Part shown: piece after piece, positions 10,275 to 23,210 of the stretch
How positions within the stretch are numbered: position 1 is the first letter of the stretch
Layout: every line of letters starts with the position of its first letter
NCBI GenBank assembly: GCA_019828565.1
Contig: JAHDYR010000062.1
Coordinates: 10,701 to 74,700, forward strand
DNA from: Carpediemonas membranifera BICM
Taxonomy: Eukaryota > Protista > Fornicata
Reading direction: 5' to 3'
DNA: 64,000 nucleotides
The notes under the pieces: model-generated
What the model saw: only the letters and a program-made list of their open reading frames with translations
Databases searched by the model: none
What the model was told of the DNA's origin: nothing
Translations under genes and position numbers: made by a program

Positions 10275-13200
10275 ATGGATAGAGACGGGAAGAACCAAGC
10301 ACCACTACTCAAGGAAGCTACTTTCAGGGCTTTCGTGACGTTTACTACATCATTGCGTGACTTCAAGGCCAGAGGTGGCAAGGCGAAGCTCCTGAAGCTC
10401 ATCAGTCCGGAGATACAGTCCTACGTATGCCAGGTGTTAGGCTTAGAGGCCCTCGAGGACGTCCCGCTTCCTCAGGGTGATCAACAGGGCGACCAACCTT
10501 CCACAACATCACGCAAGGTCAAAGAGAGGACTATTATGCAGCGGCTCGCTGCTGCCTTGCGTCCCACCAGGAAGGAGCAATGTCTGAACCTCATCAGGCT
10601 CCGCATCGCGGCATTCACGCCACTCGAGGTTTCGAGACTGAACTCGCAGTTCAACACCTTGTTCGAGTGCCTTGACCTGGTCGAGGACGACACTATTCGT
10701 GAAGCATACTTGCGGGCGTTCGCCGTGAAGGGCCAGTCCCTTTACTTCAGACTGAAGGAGCAGACTGAGGGGCGCTCACTTGCTGAGACCCAGCAGTATG
10801 CCATGAAGACGGCGCGCGACGTAGTCGAGTCCGCGGAGTACCTCGCTCCGTTCGCTGAGGCCATTCATCCCGACCAGCCGCGCCGCCCGGCAGCTCCTGT
10901 GCCAGGCGCCCAACCCCAACGTGCGGACAGCCGTGACCGGCGCGACCGCCGTGACCGGCGTGACCGCCCATACGACCGTCGTGACCGCCCGTATGACCGC
11001 CACCGCCAAGATCGCCCAGACAAGCGGTCCCGCGATCGGGCTCGCCCCACCAGCACCATGCCGACCTGCTACAACTGCGGGGGCAAGGGCCATTTTAGTC
11101 CCGAGTGCCGGAAGCCCAAGGTCAAGTGCGAGAAGTGCGGGCGCGAGGGCCACAAGAGAGAGTTCTGTGACCGTATAAAGGTCCAGAACTATTCTTATTT
11201 GTCTTGTTTCGCGGCGTCTAGCAAACGCAGGGCGCAGGCTCTACCGATTGTATCCGGATCTATATACAGGACCAGCACAGAGTCGATGTTATTCGACTGT
11301 GGCGCGTCAGCAACCTTCATATCGCCGCAGGTGGCCGAGAGGTCCGGCGAAAAGATCCTGCATTGTGACCCGGTCGAGGTGACGACACCGGCTGGAGTCA
11401 TCACAGTCGACCAGACTGTTCCGATCGAAGTAACCTTTGCTAAGTCAGCTCTTATCCCCCGTGGGTGCACCTTCACTACCCGTGCGTATCTTCTACCCTC
11501 AGAGTATGATTTAATCATTGGATACCCTGATATGGTCACCCTAGGGATCCTCCCACAGATTGACGACTGCGAGGGGTCTGACACCCAAGACGCCGAGCAG
11601 GCTGAAGACGTCTCAACGGTCATTACTCCCCAGAAGCTGAGCCTATTCACCTTGTCTGACAAGTCGTCTTCCCTTCAGGACAGACTGCTCGCGCGGTTTG
11701 TCGGCCTGTTCGAGGACAGAGTAGGGTGTCCGAGTAAGCTCATCCCTTACGATCTAGTCTTGTCTGATGATGAACCCGTCTTTAGCCGCGAGTTCTTCAT
11801 GCCGCCGGAGAAGAAGACACTTCTCCAGGAACACTTTGACGACCTGTCCCGACATGGCTTCATCCAGCCATCAGCATCGGCTTACTCCTCACCGGCATTC
11901 TTGGTCCCAAAGGGGAAGGACCGTACCCGGTTCGTTATCGACTTCCGTTTGGTCAACGCGAAGACTCCCCCGTTCAACTACCCTATCCCGATCATAGAGG
12001 ATTGCCTTGCTAGGCTTAGGGGTAATACCATCTTTGCTACGCTCGACTGTAAGGCAGGCTACCATCAGGTGGCACTGACGGACCGTTCCCGTTCCCTGAC
12101 CGCTTTCGGGACCCCCCTCGGACGGTTTGAGTACACGACTATGCCCTTCGGTCTGCGTAACGCTGGCTCACATTTCCAGTGGGCCATGGAGCAGGCTTTC
12201 TCCGACCTGATCTCGGCGGGCAAGTGCCTGATTTACATCGATGACATTATTGTCATGGGTCGGGATGAGCCTTCGTACATAAGGAACCTATGGGACGTCC
12301 TGAAACGCTGCCAAGAGTATGACCTACACTTAGGCCGCGACAAGTGTGTCTTCGCCGCGGCTGAGGTCGAGTTCCTGGGTCGACTCGTGTCCGGAGACAC
12401 CGTGAGGATTGCCGAAGACCGCATTGACGACATTAAGAAGCTGAAACTACCGACCAGCAAGCGGTCCGCACAGGCACTCGTCGGTTTCCTCAATTATTTC
12501 CGTGACTTCGTGCCCAACTTCGCGTCCCGAGCTCATCCTCTGTTGCAGGTGTCGGCTGGCAAGGCCGAACCCGGTGGGCCGGGTCAGCAAGCGGCCCTGG
12601 GCGACGTTATCGCCGAGCTCCTTAAGCGGGTCTCCCTCGTTCACTTCAAGACGGACGCGACACATGTCCTCATGACCGATGCCTCAGACGTGGGATGCGG
12701 CGCCGTATTACTACAGGACGGGCAGCCGATCGCTTTCATGTCCCACGCATTCTCCGCGGTCCAGACTAGGTGGAGTACCACAGAGCAGGAAGCCTACGCA
12801 ATCATCCTGGCAGTCCAGCGTTGGCGGAAATTCCTCTCGTGGACTCACTTTACCATCCGTACTGATCATCGCAACCTGCTGTTCATGGCCAAGTCCATCA
12901 ACCCCAAGGTCCGTCGATGGTACGACCAACTGGCTGACCTCGATTTTACCATACGTCACGTTCCGGGGGTTGACAACGGGGCAGCAGACGGCCTCTCTCG
13001 CGTGTTCGCTAACACCCTCGATACCCAAGTCGCGGACAAGCTGCAGAAGGCGCACCACTTTGCCGGGGCCCACTTATCCGCCTGGGCGACCAAGAACCTT
13101 CTTCGAGACTGGGGCGTGCGCGTCCGCCAGAAGGACGTGGACGACTACATCGCCAAGTGCCCAATATGCCAGTTAAGGCGTAAGCCCCCAGCCTCATCCG

Positions 13201-14310
13201 ACGCGGGTTTGCACACCGCGGTCGAACATCCCTTCGACCGAGTGGCCATGGACACTATGTCCGCCACCCCGTGCACGGTCGACGGTACGACCTATAAGTA
13301 TGTCCTCGTCGTCATAGACATGTGCTCACGTTGGACTGAGCTGATTCCGCTCCAGACTACCCGAGCGGTCGAGACGTCTAGGGCGTTCGTCAATAACTGG
13401 GTCCTCCGGTATGGCGTACCAAAGGTACTGCAGACGGATGGGGGATCCCACCGTCAACGCGGTCTTTAACGACCTGAGTGCCCGACTCGGGTTCACGACG
13501 AGGAAGACGACGGCTCACCACCCTCAGTCGAATGGTTTAGTTGAGCGAGCGAATGTTTCGGTGAAGTCCATCCTGACAGCGCGTCGTTACCAGTTTAGAT
13601 CCAATGATTGGGTCCACAGCTTACCGATTGCTCAGTACCTTGTTAACTCGACCCCTCGAGTCCCTACTCGACTCTCCCCAGCCGAGATCCTGTATGGTAC
13701 CGAGATGCGGGTGCCGAAGGACATCACCTTCATCGCGCCGAGCGAGACATATATCGTCGACCAACAGGAGGACTGGCTGTCTGAGGCCAAGGCGTACCGG
13801 CTCATGGCTGCCGAGCGTATTAAGAGCAAGCGGTTACTACAACAGTATAGGCCGGACACCCGCGCTACTGTCTCGACTCCCTACGTCCTGGTGGCTTACC
13901 CCGACAGACCTCCCGACAAATTCGCCGCCGGCCTGCGTGGCCCAATGGCACTAGTGTCGGTGCACCAGGAGTACAACAAAGTTGTTGCCTATACTGTGCG
14001 AGACCTTGAATCTCTGAAGCAGTTCAGGGTCGACGCTTCCCGGGTCCTCCCGTTCGATCACGGCGACATGTCCGTGGAGCAAGTTACTCGCTTGGCTAAC
14101 ACTGTTGCGGCCGAGTATATACCGAGCAAGATTGTGAAGTCCCGGCCCGAGTCTGGTCCGGTCGAGAGTCGCGAATACCTGGTCGAGTGGCAGGGCTATG
14201 AGCCAGACGAGGCGTCGTGGGAACCATTCGAGAATGTCGATGGTTGTGACAAGTTTGAAGACTTTCTTGAGCAGAGAGGCTTACACCGTGCTGCGCACTC
14301 CAGGCAGTAA
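10275..14310 (+). CDS. Gag-Pol polyprotein (CCHC knuckles, protease, RT, RNase H, integrase, chromodomain); frameshift at ~13450
   Basis: CYNCGGKGHFSPEC, FDCGA, YIDDII, TDASD, HHCC and DDE integrase (HHPQSNGLVER), EYLVEWQGYEPDEASWEP. Confidence 0.92.
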
Positions 14311-14329
14311 ACGGATTCTCAGTCAAGAT

Positions 14330-15501
14330 TTATTGATCGTCATCGGATTCGTCGTCAGGACCGTTGATCCAGTCCTCAAGCCCGAAGTCCACCAGGTACT
14401 CGCGGACCACGGTGACCGCAGCAAGGGTTGAGTCCAGACCAGTGCACGTGGGGGCGGTGTAGCCCTCGTACTGCACATGTAGGATGAGGCGACGGTCAGG
14501 GCCAGCGGTCAGGATTTCATGACCTAACACGTCCAGGACGTCATACTCACGCTCAGGGTCAGAGACCTGCAGGGCCAGGCCGAGGCGTTGCGGCAGGGAT
14601 GGGAGCTCGTCCATGAGGCGGAGGTTGGCTACCAGGGCGGCCCAATGGGCTTGGGTCACCGAGAAGTGATCGGAGCGCTCGCCGTGGAGGAACAGACGGT
14701 AGTACTCCGGCGCGAGAGCCAGGACGACCACGCGGTAGAGGGTCTGGCGAGCCATGCTGGAGCCACAGCCGAGTGCACGGCCGAGCGCTGACAGGACCTG
14801 GGGGCTGACGTACTGGTTGGAGGTACCGTCACTCTTCAGGTGGAACACGCCGGCGGAAATGGCGGCGCGGACGATGTCCGAGTCGGTCTGACCCCGGCTG
14901 CCCGAGCGCTCACGGAGGAAGCGCAAGGCGCGGTGCTCCCTCTGGAGCTGCACCAGCAGAGTGGCCGAGATGTCGAGGAGGGCGCCCGCATCCCCGCTCC
15001 AGAGCGTGCCGGTGGATAGATGGTCGAAGATGGCCTCAAGGGGCACCTCAACGAAGTTGACATACCCCGCAAGGCAATCACGCACCACAGCGGACAGCAG
15101 AGGGTCGCGGTGGGTGAAGCAACCCTGCATGGCACCGCCCGCAGGCACCCGACAGAGATCTCTGGCGGAAGTTGCCGGCACTACGATCGAGCTGTGTAAG
15201 AGGACCGGAGGTGCACAAACCGTTTCAGGGGGTTCTTCGACGCATCTCCATAGCGCTTACGGATAGCCTTCTGTCGAAGAGCGCTCAGGGATCGGGCCTT
15301 ATGACGCTGACAACGAGCGATCGTCGCTAAGGCGTTATCGAGTACCTTACGGTAATCAGCATCGGCTAATTCGCCTGAAAGCTCGCGAATCTTATCGAGG
15401 GCGCGCGTATCCTCCATGTTTGGCCGCTTTTTCTCAGGAAAAAGCGACATATCCTGCACTTTTCCCGAAAGACGATGGGAAGTGCCCATAATGATCCCCA
15501 T
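14330..15501 (-). CDS. Antisense accessory gene of LTR element 1; two exons; C-terminal chromodomain-like region
   Basis: A 29-nt GT-AG intron at 15192-15220 joins the 106-aa and 283-aa ORFs in frame (KR|SIVVPATSAR). C-terminus EYDVLDVLGHEI...LHVQYEGYTAPT...VREYL. Homolog at 31087-31872. The start codon could be the downstream ATG near 15450. Confidence 0.75.
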
Positions 15502-16611
15502 GATAGACCATTCTCAATATTTATACCTCAAACACAGTCCACGAGACTTCTGTCGTCCGTGGAGCAGTGTTACTGATGTTGATTAGGTTTCGATGCAGCG
15601 CAGAACAAAAAGAGCCAGAACTCGCCAACGAAGCCGAATTGGGGCCTCAAAACCCCTTTTTCGGGCGCTGTGTAAGAATGGGGCGGATCAGCCTAACGTA
15701 CTACGGAACTTTCAGTATGAGCGATGGCGAAATGCCTAAAAATGCTCGGGGCGAGAATTCCCGAGCCGAGCGCGAGCCCCAGAGTGCCCGCGAGGGGGCG
15801 GGGCTGTGGTACGTCCTTTTTATACTTATACAGGAGCTCCTGAACCCATATCTTAATTAGCAGCGCTGCATAGATCTTTTCCGAATCTTTTTGATATCAT
15901 CCTCGAATCTTTCTGTCACACCTTACTACGCGTAATACCTCACTGGGAGGTTGCAATGAGACGTAATTCCAGAAGTTGGTTGTCGTTGTCCCGCCGATAA
16001 TTCCAATAGTGGTTCGGCATGAGCGAGCGTAATCCCAAGATCGATTGGTGGCTCTAGCCCCACGTAATGCCAGATGTTGGTCGTGGTGATGGCCGCGCGA
16101 CTGCTTGGCCATGGGGGGGAAGTGTAGTCAATAATAGTATCTACCAATATCCCCGGGAGGGTCCAAACCTCTTTTTACTTGTAAAACCTATCTCTTCCAA
16201 GACTACAGGAGATTCAAGAGAATGTGATTGATGAGGAGCGCTCAGAGAGCGATACTGCCAACAGTATCGTCTTTTCCTTCATCTGACATTGTAAAGAGGA
16301 AGAGTTTATGATTGGAGCATAGCTGATGTCCATAAACACCATTCATAAGCCAGTCCTGTCTTGTTTTCCACTGCTACTTCTCTCGTTGCGACGCACAGCT
16401 AGCTGTCGCGAAATGCACTTTAAGACCGAATTTCACACAGCTACCTGTGCATGGTGTTTGAGCTAGATAGCGACAAGCTGGAGCGACTTACTTCCTTACC
16501 TGGTAATATTGCTTTTTTCACCTTAAATCAACCACGAGCTTGTTTATTTTGATTCCTGAATTAAGCAATCAAACACTGTGTTTTGAGTGCTGAAAACAGG
16601 TGAATTGAGCG

Positions 16612-17343
16612 ATGGACGATGAGGGAACGGATGTTACTATTAAGGTGAAGAAGTCTCGTAACAAGGTACTTTGCACGTTTATAGTGCAGATGAAGCAAGA
16701 GTGGACAGCTATGGAAGCCTTCGTGCGTGATATTCGCAACTTGGTCAGCGAAAAGGGGTATAACATTGCAGAGAGCGTTGCAAAGCAGAGAATTCAGGTA
16801 CGTTACAAGCTTCCCAATGATAAGGTCTTCTTAGAAGACATTACTATGGCTGCCTGGAGCAAGTTCACCAGATGCAGCAAGCCTGAGGCATATGTGTGGA
16901 CTGCTGACCCCAACAAGACCACAGCTTCATCTCAACCTGTCCACCAACCGCGAAACGCACTCGTCGGCCGAGAGGCTTTGCATGAAGCCCGCGAGATCCT
17001 TCGTGCTGCCAATCCTGGCCTGACCGAATCTCAGCTGATGGGTTGGGCTCACTCCCTGGCGTCAGGAGTTGACGGAGTCACTGCCCTTGATCCACCGGCT
17101 GGCGTTCAATACGAGCGGCCACAAGCGAGCCAAGAGCTTGCAGAGACACCTCAGCATCCTAGACGGCCTCCCAACTTCGACTTGGATGCGTATGTCCTCG
17201 TTCCAGTCCCCTATGAGCGTGTAACTGAAGTCCGAGCACTACTGAGACGCGCCCAGACAACTCCAGCTCCGGTCAGTCGTCCCCCGCCGCCTATCATGCC
17301 CAACAGCCTCAACATTCCCGACTACGAGCACCAGGAAGACTGA
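16612..17343 (+). CDS. Hypothetical 243-aa accessory protein of the IS630-like element
   Basis: Clean ATG-TGA ORF inside the TIRs; its stop is 9 bp from the transposase stop. Confidence 0.7.
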   Translation: MDDEGTDVTIKVKKSRNKVLCTFIVQMKQEWTAMEAFVRDIRNLVSEKGYNIAESVAKQRIQVRYKLPNDKVFLEDITMAAWSKFTRCSKPEAYVWTADPNKTTASSQPVHQPRNALVGREALHEAREILRAANPGLTESQLMGWAHSLASGVDGVTALDPPAGVQYERPQASQELAETPQHPRRPPNFDLDAYVLVPVPYERVTEVRALLRRAQTTPAPVSRPPPPIMPNSLNIPDYEHQED

Positions 17344-18292
17344 ATAAAGCGTTTATCTGAAGTGTATGTCCAGCTGCCCGTCGTGGTAGCCATGGGAGCT
17401 GAAGAGGTGTGATTGACTGTTGGTCACTTCAGCGAAGAGCCTGCTCAGTGTGGATGCTGGAGCTTGAGCAAAAGCAGCTTGATCTCTCTGTATGCGAGAC
17501 TTGATGATGGAGAACATGACCTCTATGGGATTAAGGTGCGGACTGTATGGGGGCAGAAAGATCATCTTGGCGCCAATGTTGTCGATACATTGCTGCAACT
17601 GAGGAAAGTGGTGAATTGAGGCGTTGTCGAGCATTAAGATCGACCGTGGCCCAGGCCATGGATTCATTTTGTAATACACATTGGCGATAAAGGAGTCGTA
17701 GAATAGCTGCCTGTCGAATGTCCCTGGCGTTATTGTATGCCCTAGTATGCCGTCATGACCCAGCCATGCGCACACACTATACCTCTGGCCGCGGGAGAAA
17801 GGCAGAGTGACTTTGCATCTCTGGCCAACAGTGGCCCAGCCGCGAAGCCTAATCCCAGCACGAAGGTCTTTTTGCCGTCTCGTCAGCAAATATAAGCTGA
17901 TCCTGACAGTGGTAAACGGCGTTGAGCTCGGCACTAAACCGGGCAAACTGCATGCTTGTTGCTTGTGTGGCTCGTCTTTCGAGGCTCTTCTGTGTCATGT
18001 TCAAGCTGAAGCGTAGTATGCGCCACACTGTGGCGGTGGAGATCTTTCGGTTGAACTTGTGAACGATCTTATCTCGAAGCTCGTCCAAATAGAAACAGGG
18101 ATCTGATCTAATCAGCTCTGTAAGGTAAACAATGACTTCCATCGGTACTTGAGGCTTTCGCTTGTCTCTGTCAGTATGACGAACACTTCCTGTCTTTTCA
18201 GCTCGTGAAACCCATTGGCTGATAGTTGTATGGCTCTGAATGTGCATAACTAAGGCTATTTCTCGAAAGGACCATCCATATATGGTGGCTAG

Positions 18293-21200
18293 TGTGCCGT
18301 GCTAGGGCCCAGAAATATGATAAAGACTGTTTTACGAATTCCGCAGGTTAAGGGCACACTTCCCTCCCAATGCGTGTCGCACGACTAACGGCGACCGCTC
18401 CTGCGGAACTTCTTCTTAGCACTCTCAAACATCGGCTTGAGACCAGGATTGAGCTCGAGATAACTGTCGATAGCCTCGAGCTGGTCGTAGTAGCGATTAT
18501 AGGGGATGTATGAGTCCTCGTCGGGGGTGAGGCCTTCCCAACGGATCAGTAGCTCCAGAGAGCCGTTCTTCTTCTTACGGTGGCCTACGACTGCCTCCAC
18601 GGGTTGTTCATCTTGCTCGTAGGCGGCAATTTCCTCGAGCTCCTTCTCCGTGAGGCCGTCGGCGTGGAATGTGACGAGTCGGTCTGCGTGGACTGTGGCG
18701 ACGCACTTCGACACGAGATCCATCACCTTGTAGGTGTTGGGGTGATCGCCCTTCCCCTCCATGCGGAGCGGTCCGCGCAGAGGCGGGAGTAGCTTGGTCG
18801 GCGGCTTGCCCGGGTATCTCAGCAGGACGTAGGTTTCGTTCTCCCAGGCCCGTGTGCTGTCCGAGGAGCCTGCAGCCTTGTTTACCTCGTAGGCTTTGAC
18901 CTTGATCGCGGCAAGTTGTTGGAGCGACGTGACGTGGGCCTGGAAGCGGACGATGTCGTCGGCTTCGACTGAGCCCGGCTCGAGCATCTGGGTTGCGTTG
19001 GTCAGGGCGTCGGGCGCGACGCGCAGCATGGTTGACTTGCGTCCGAACAATAGTTCGAAGGGGCTGAGGCCTGTGGTGGAGTGGCGGGTGGCGTTGATAA
19101 CGTGCTGGGCGATGGGCAGGTATGCGGGCCAGTTGTCGTCGCGGGCGTCCAGCAGGAGCGCTCTTAAGCGTCTCATGACGGTACCATTCAGGCGTTCGAC
19201 TACGCCGTTGCTGGCCGGATGATATGCCGTACTGAACCGGTGCTTGAGGCTCAGTCGCTCGTTCATCTCCTCGACTAGGGCATTCCTGAACTGTGTACCT
19301 TGGTCAGACTGGAGCTCGGCCGGGACGCCGAAAGTCGCCCAGATCTCCAGCAATGCGGCTGCTGCCTCGGCTGCGCTCGTTGACCGTGTGGGCTTCAATA
19401 TGGTGAACTTCGAGAACACGTCCACCACCGTGATGACGTACTTGAGACCGTCTCTCTCGGGCAAAGGGCCAATGGTGTCCACCTGCACCGTCTCGAATGG
19501 GCGGATGCGCTGAGTAGAGTGCCACTTGATCGGCTCCTTGCGGGCTGGCTTTGTCTTGCGACAGATTGGACACTGGCGTAAGGTCGCGCGGACGTCATCC
19601 GACATGCCTGGCCACGTGACACCGGACTGCTTCAGATTGGCGATGGTCTGGTCTGGGCCGACGTGGCCCTGTGCACCGGCGTGCGCCCTGGTGATCTGCT
19701 CTTGGCGCGTCGTGGTGACGTGGTCGATCGAGCGGCGCACCTCGTTCTTGCGCTGAGATGATGGCCGCGACAGTGCGTCGGCTACGAGGTTCTGCGCTCC
19801 AGCTATGTGTGTGACGTTATACGGATACTCTGTCATGGTGAGTCGCCATCGTGTCAGTTTCTTAGTGCCGTCCTCGTCTGTCTTCCTGAGTAGCCATATC
19901 AGATTACGATGGTCCGTGCGAAGCTCGAACGGCTTCAGCTTGAAGAGGGGGGAAAACTCTGGTCGCGTTACACAATAGACAATGGCGAAAAGCTCCTGTT
20001 CCACCGTGGACCACCGTTGCTGGGTCTCGTCGAGGGTCTTGCTGTAGAAGGCGAGTGGGACCTTCTCGTCACCCTCGCTCTGCCACAGTACACCACCGAT
20101 GGCGGTCGACGATGCGTCGGTCTCGAGAGTCCACTTTGCACTCAGGTCTGGGAGCGCGAGGGCGGTGTGCTCGGCTACTAGGGTCTTCATACGGGCGAAT
20201 GCTTCGTCCTCAGTGGCAGTCCAATCGAGGGGGCCGACTTCTGCGGCGATCCCTTTAGGAGGGCGTTGAGCGGGGCTGATGCGTGGGCGAGGTGTGGGAT
20301 ATAGTTTGACAGATAGTTGAACTTGCCTAGCGTGCGGCGCAGCTCCGTTGTCGTCGTTGGGGGTGTGAGGTCCTGGATGGCTGCGATACGTGAGGGGAAA
20401 CCGACCTGCCAGACTCGTTGACTATAAACCCACAGACTTCAACCTCCTTCATGCCAATGGCACACTTGTCGGCGCGGAGTTTGATATCGTAAGCTTCCAA
20501 CTGGTCGAAGATCTGGGTGAGGGTCGACTTGAAATCCTGAATGGAGCGGGCGTACGCAAAGATATCGTCGATATAGGCTCTCGAACCGTCGATACCAGCG
20601 AGCATCTCGTCCATGGCTCGCTGGAACTTTGCTGGGGCGTTCTTCAGCCCGAATGGTGTACGTAAGAACTCGTAATGCCCGCCCGGGACGGTGAATGCGG
20701 TGAGCGGGATGCTATCGGTTGCCATGTTCTGCTGCCAGTATCCGCTGCGCAGGTCGAGCGCCGCGAACACGGAGCATCCGCTCGCCTCGTGTACAAAACG
20801 ATCGGATGTCCGGCGTGGGGTACAGGTCGTCGATGGTGGCGTTGTTCAAGACGTTGTAAGCGATGCAGAAGCGGTCTTCGCCGCTCTTCTTCTTTGCCAT
20901 GACGTGCGGGCTAGAGTGCGGACTTTGACTCTCTCGGATCACGCCCTGGTTGAGCATCTTGTCGATCTCCGCGAGGGCTGAGTTTCCCGGGTCACCCTTC
21001 AACGGCCTGGGTCGGGCCCTGGGTGTAGGGCGGCTTGGATCGACGACGATCTCGTGTGGCGGCATCCTGCTGCCATCCGGAGGTAGAGGGCCAAACACGA
21101 CCTTGCGCTCGCGAAGGAAGTCGGTCAGCCAGGCAGCCAGCTCCGGGTTCTCTTCGGTCGGCAGCTTAACCTTGCGCCACTCTTCCTCGGGGTCGACTTC

Positions 21201-23210
21201 TTCTGTTGTCGAGTCGAGGTAGGGGTGCTGTCCCAGGCCGTCGTCGTCATCGATCGGGTCAGCGGACGGTATTAGTAGCCGGTCGTTCAGCAGGAAGCCG
21301 AGGCGGCGGAGCAAATCGCGTCCAATGAGGACCTTCTTCCTCTGGCCCTTCGTGACCATGAGCAATGCAGTGGTGGTCACGGTCTTTCCGTCGACACTGG
21401 GGAGGGTCAGCGAGACCTTGGCGGCTTTGCCAGTGGAGATGATATCGTCCCCAGCGCCGAGAAGTTCGACTGAGGTCGGTATCAGGGTCACGTCGGGGAT
21501 CGCTGCGAGGGCAGGGGCTGATATGACCGACGTGCAAGCGCCGATGTCGAACTTGACGTTCATGTGCTGGCCGTTGATAACAGCCGGGACCTTCACCGGG
21601 TCCTTGTCGAGTATGATGTCCTCGATCTCGTAGACTTCGTTCTCCAACTCCGAATGAGACGCTTCATCCGCGTCAAACACCTCATCGACGCGGCGGGGGT
21701 TCTTCAGGGTAGACGAGGGGCGGAGGTCCATGCGGCCGGCCCGGCGATCCGACTGTTGGTGACTGGTGGGCGCCACAGGGCGTGCGCGGTTGCCGGGCTG
21801 CTTTTGCCGCTCTTCGGGTCTGCGTTCCTGACGCTTCTCGGTCTGTGGCTGGCGTTCTTGGGCCTTGTAAGCCTCCCGTCTGATGAGGAACCTGCAGTCC
21901 TTCGTCTCGTGGTGCGGGTTCCAGCCATGCTGTGTGCAGTATCTCGTGTGGGAAGGAGGCATGCGGAACTTGGTCTTGTCCCTGAACTGCTGGAACGGAT
22001 CGCGACCATCGAGCCTGCGAGCGAGCGGCTTCCTGCCTGAAGTGCCCGACGCCTGCTCGTTGTTGTCGGCTTGTGGGCTGGCGAGTCTGAAGGCACGCCA
22101 TGGGATAATGATGTTCTCGTCGTGATCAACATCCAAGTCGCGTAGTTTGTCGAGAAATTCGCTGATCTTGTCGGAGTAGTCCTCAATCTCTTCTTCGTAT
22201 ACATCCTCGGCTTCTTTGGAGAAACCTCTAGTGGCGAAGTCCCGAATGATCCGCTCGAGCAGTTTTGCGGAGATGGTGGGGACGTCCTTGATGTCTGGGT
22301 TGAGGGCGCTTATGAGCTTACGTGCCTTCTCGACGGCCGTTCGGTGCCGGGGCTCCGGACCGTATAGCGTGATGTTGTCGAGCTTTGCCTTGAGGAGCTT
22401 GGCTCTTGCGCCCGGGTCCGTACTAGTCAAGAGGGTATATGCGAGGTAGGGGGCGATGGAGGTCGCCTCCTTGGCGAGGAAAGCGTAGACGTCCCCGCCA
22501 TCGAAGACTGGCCAAGCCGCCGAGGAGGGGGCGGGCTTGGTCTCCTCGGGCACTGGGGGCATGTACACGAACGCCACCGAGACGTCTTCGCCGTCCGGGC
22601 CGGTCAGGTTGCCAGGCCGTGCGACTGTCTCGACGTTTGCGATGTCGTGGTCGTCGGTCAGCTGGGTGAAGAAGTCGCGGGCCTTCTTGCCGCAGTCAGT
22701 CAGTATCTGGGGATGTTGAGCTTCAAGGCACTCCCGGGTCATTGCTGTCAGGGTGGGGTCCTTGTGCTTAGCTGCACACTCGCTACAGGCGGCGAACGTG
22801 GCTTTTCTTATGGTCTTCTGTACCTCCTCTACCCAGATGGCGGTGAGGTTGTCGGTCTTCGTTGTACGGGCTCGTGCCGCAGTACTGGCAGAGCTTGTGT
22901 TCGCCGCGCGGCGAGCATCGGAATCGGACAGAACGGTTCGTTGTAGGTCCTCGAAAGTGTCAAAAAGAGTGGTTGGGCGCCACTGGGCGCGAAGTTTTTC
23001 TGTTGTCTCGGGGGACAATGCCCTAAAGAACGAAATTGGATTCTTCTCGTGGGGCATCGCCGAGAGGTACTCCTGGAGTGCTCTCTCGACGGCGAACGGG
23101 GTGTCAATTGTAAGAGTCTTCATTTGAATCGGCAGTATCGATACTGTGCCGTGCTAGGGCCCAGAAATATGATAAAGACTGTTTTACGAATTCCGCAGGT
23201 TAAGGGCACA
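18293..23210 (-). mobile_element. Ty3/gypsy chromovirus-like LTR retrotransposon 2 (66-bp identical LTRs, CTAG TSD)
   Basis: LTRs 18293-18358 and 23145-23210 (TGTGCC...GGCACA). CTAG flanks. PPT GGGAGGGAAG on the minus strand. Confidence 0.95.
18385..23123 (-). CDS. Gag-Pol polyprotein of element 2 (several frameshifts at ~20.2-20.8 kb)
   Basis: FDIGA protease, YIDDI RT, ETDASS RNase H, YHPASNGVVER integrase, VEAVVGHR...LIRWEG chromodomain. Confidence 0.9.

Larger units (their letters stand above)
10173..16207 (+). mobile_element. Ty3/gypsy chromovirus-like LTR retrotransposon 1 (85-bp LTRs, GGAG TSD)
   Basis: LTRs 10173-10257 and 16123-16207 (TGTAGTC...GACTACA, 2 mismatches). GGAG on both sides. 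PPT GGGGGGGAAG before the 3' LTR. Confidence 0.95.
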
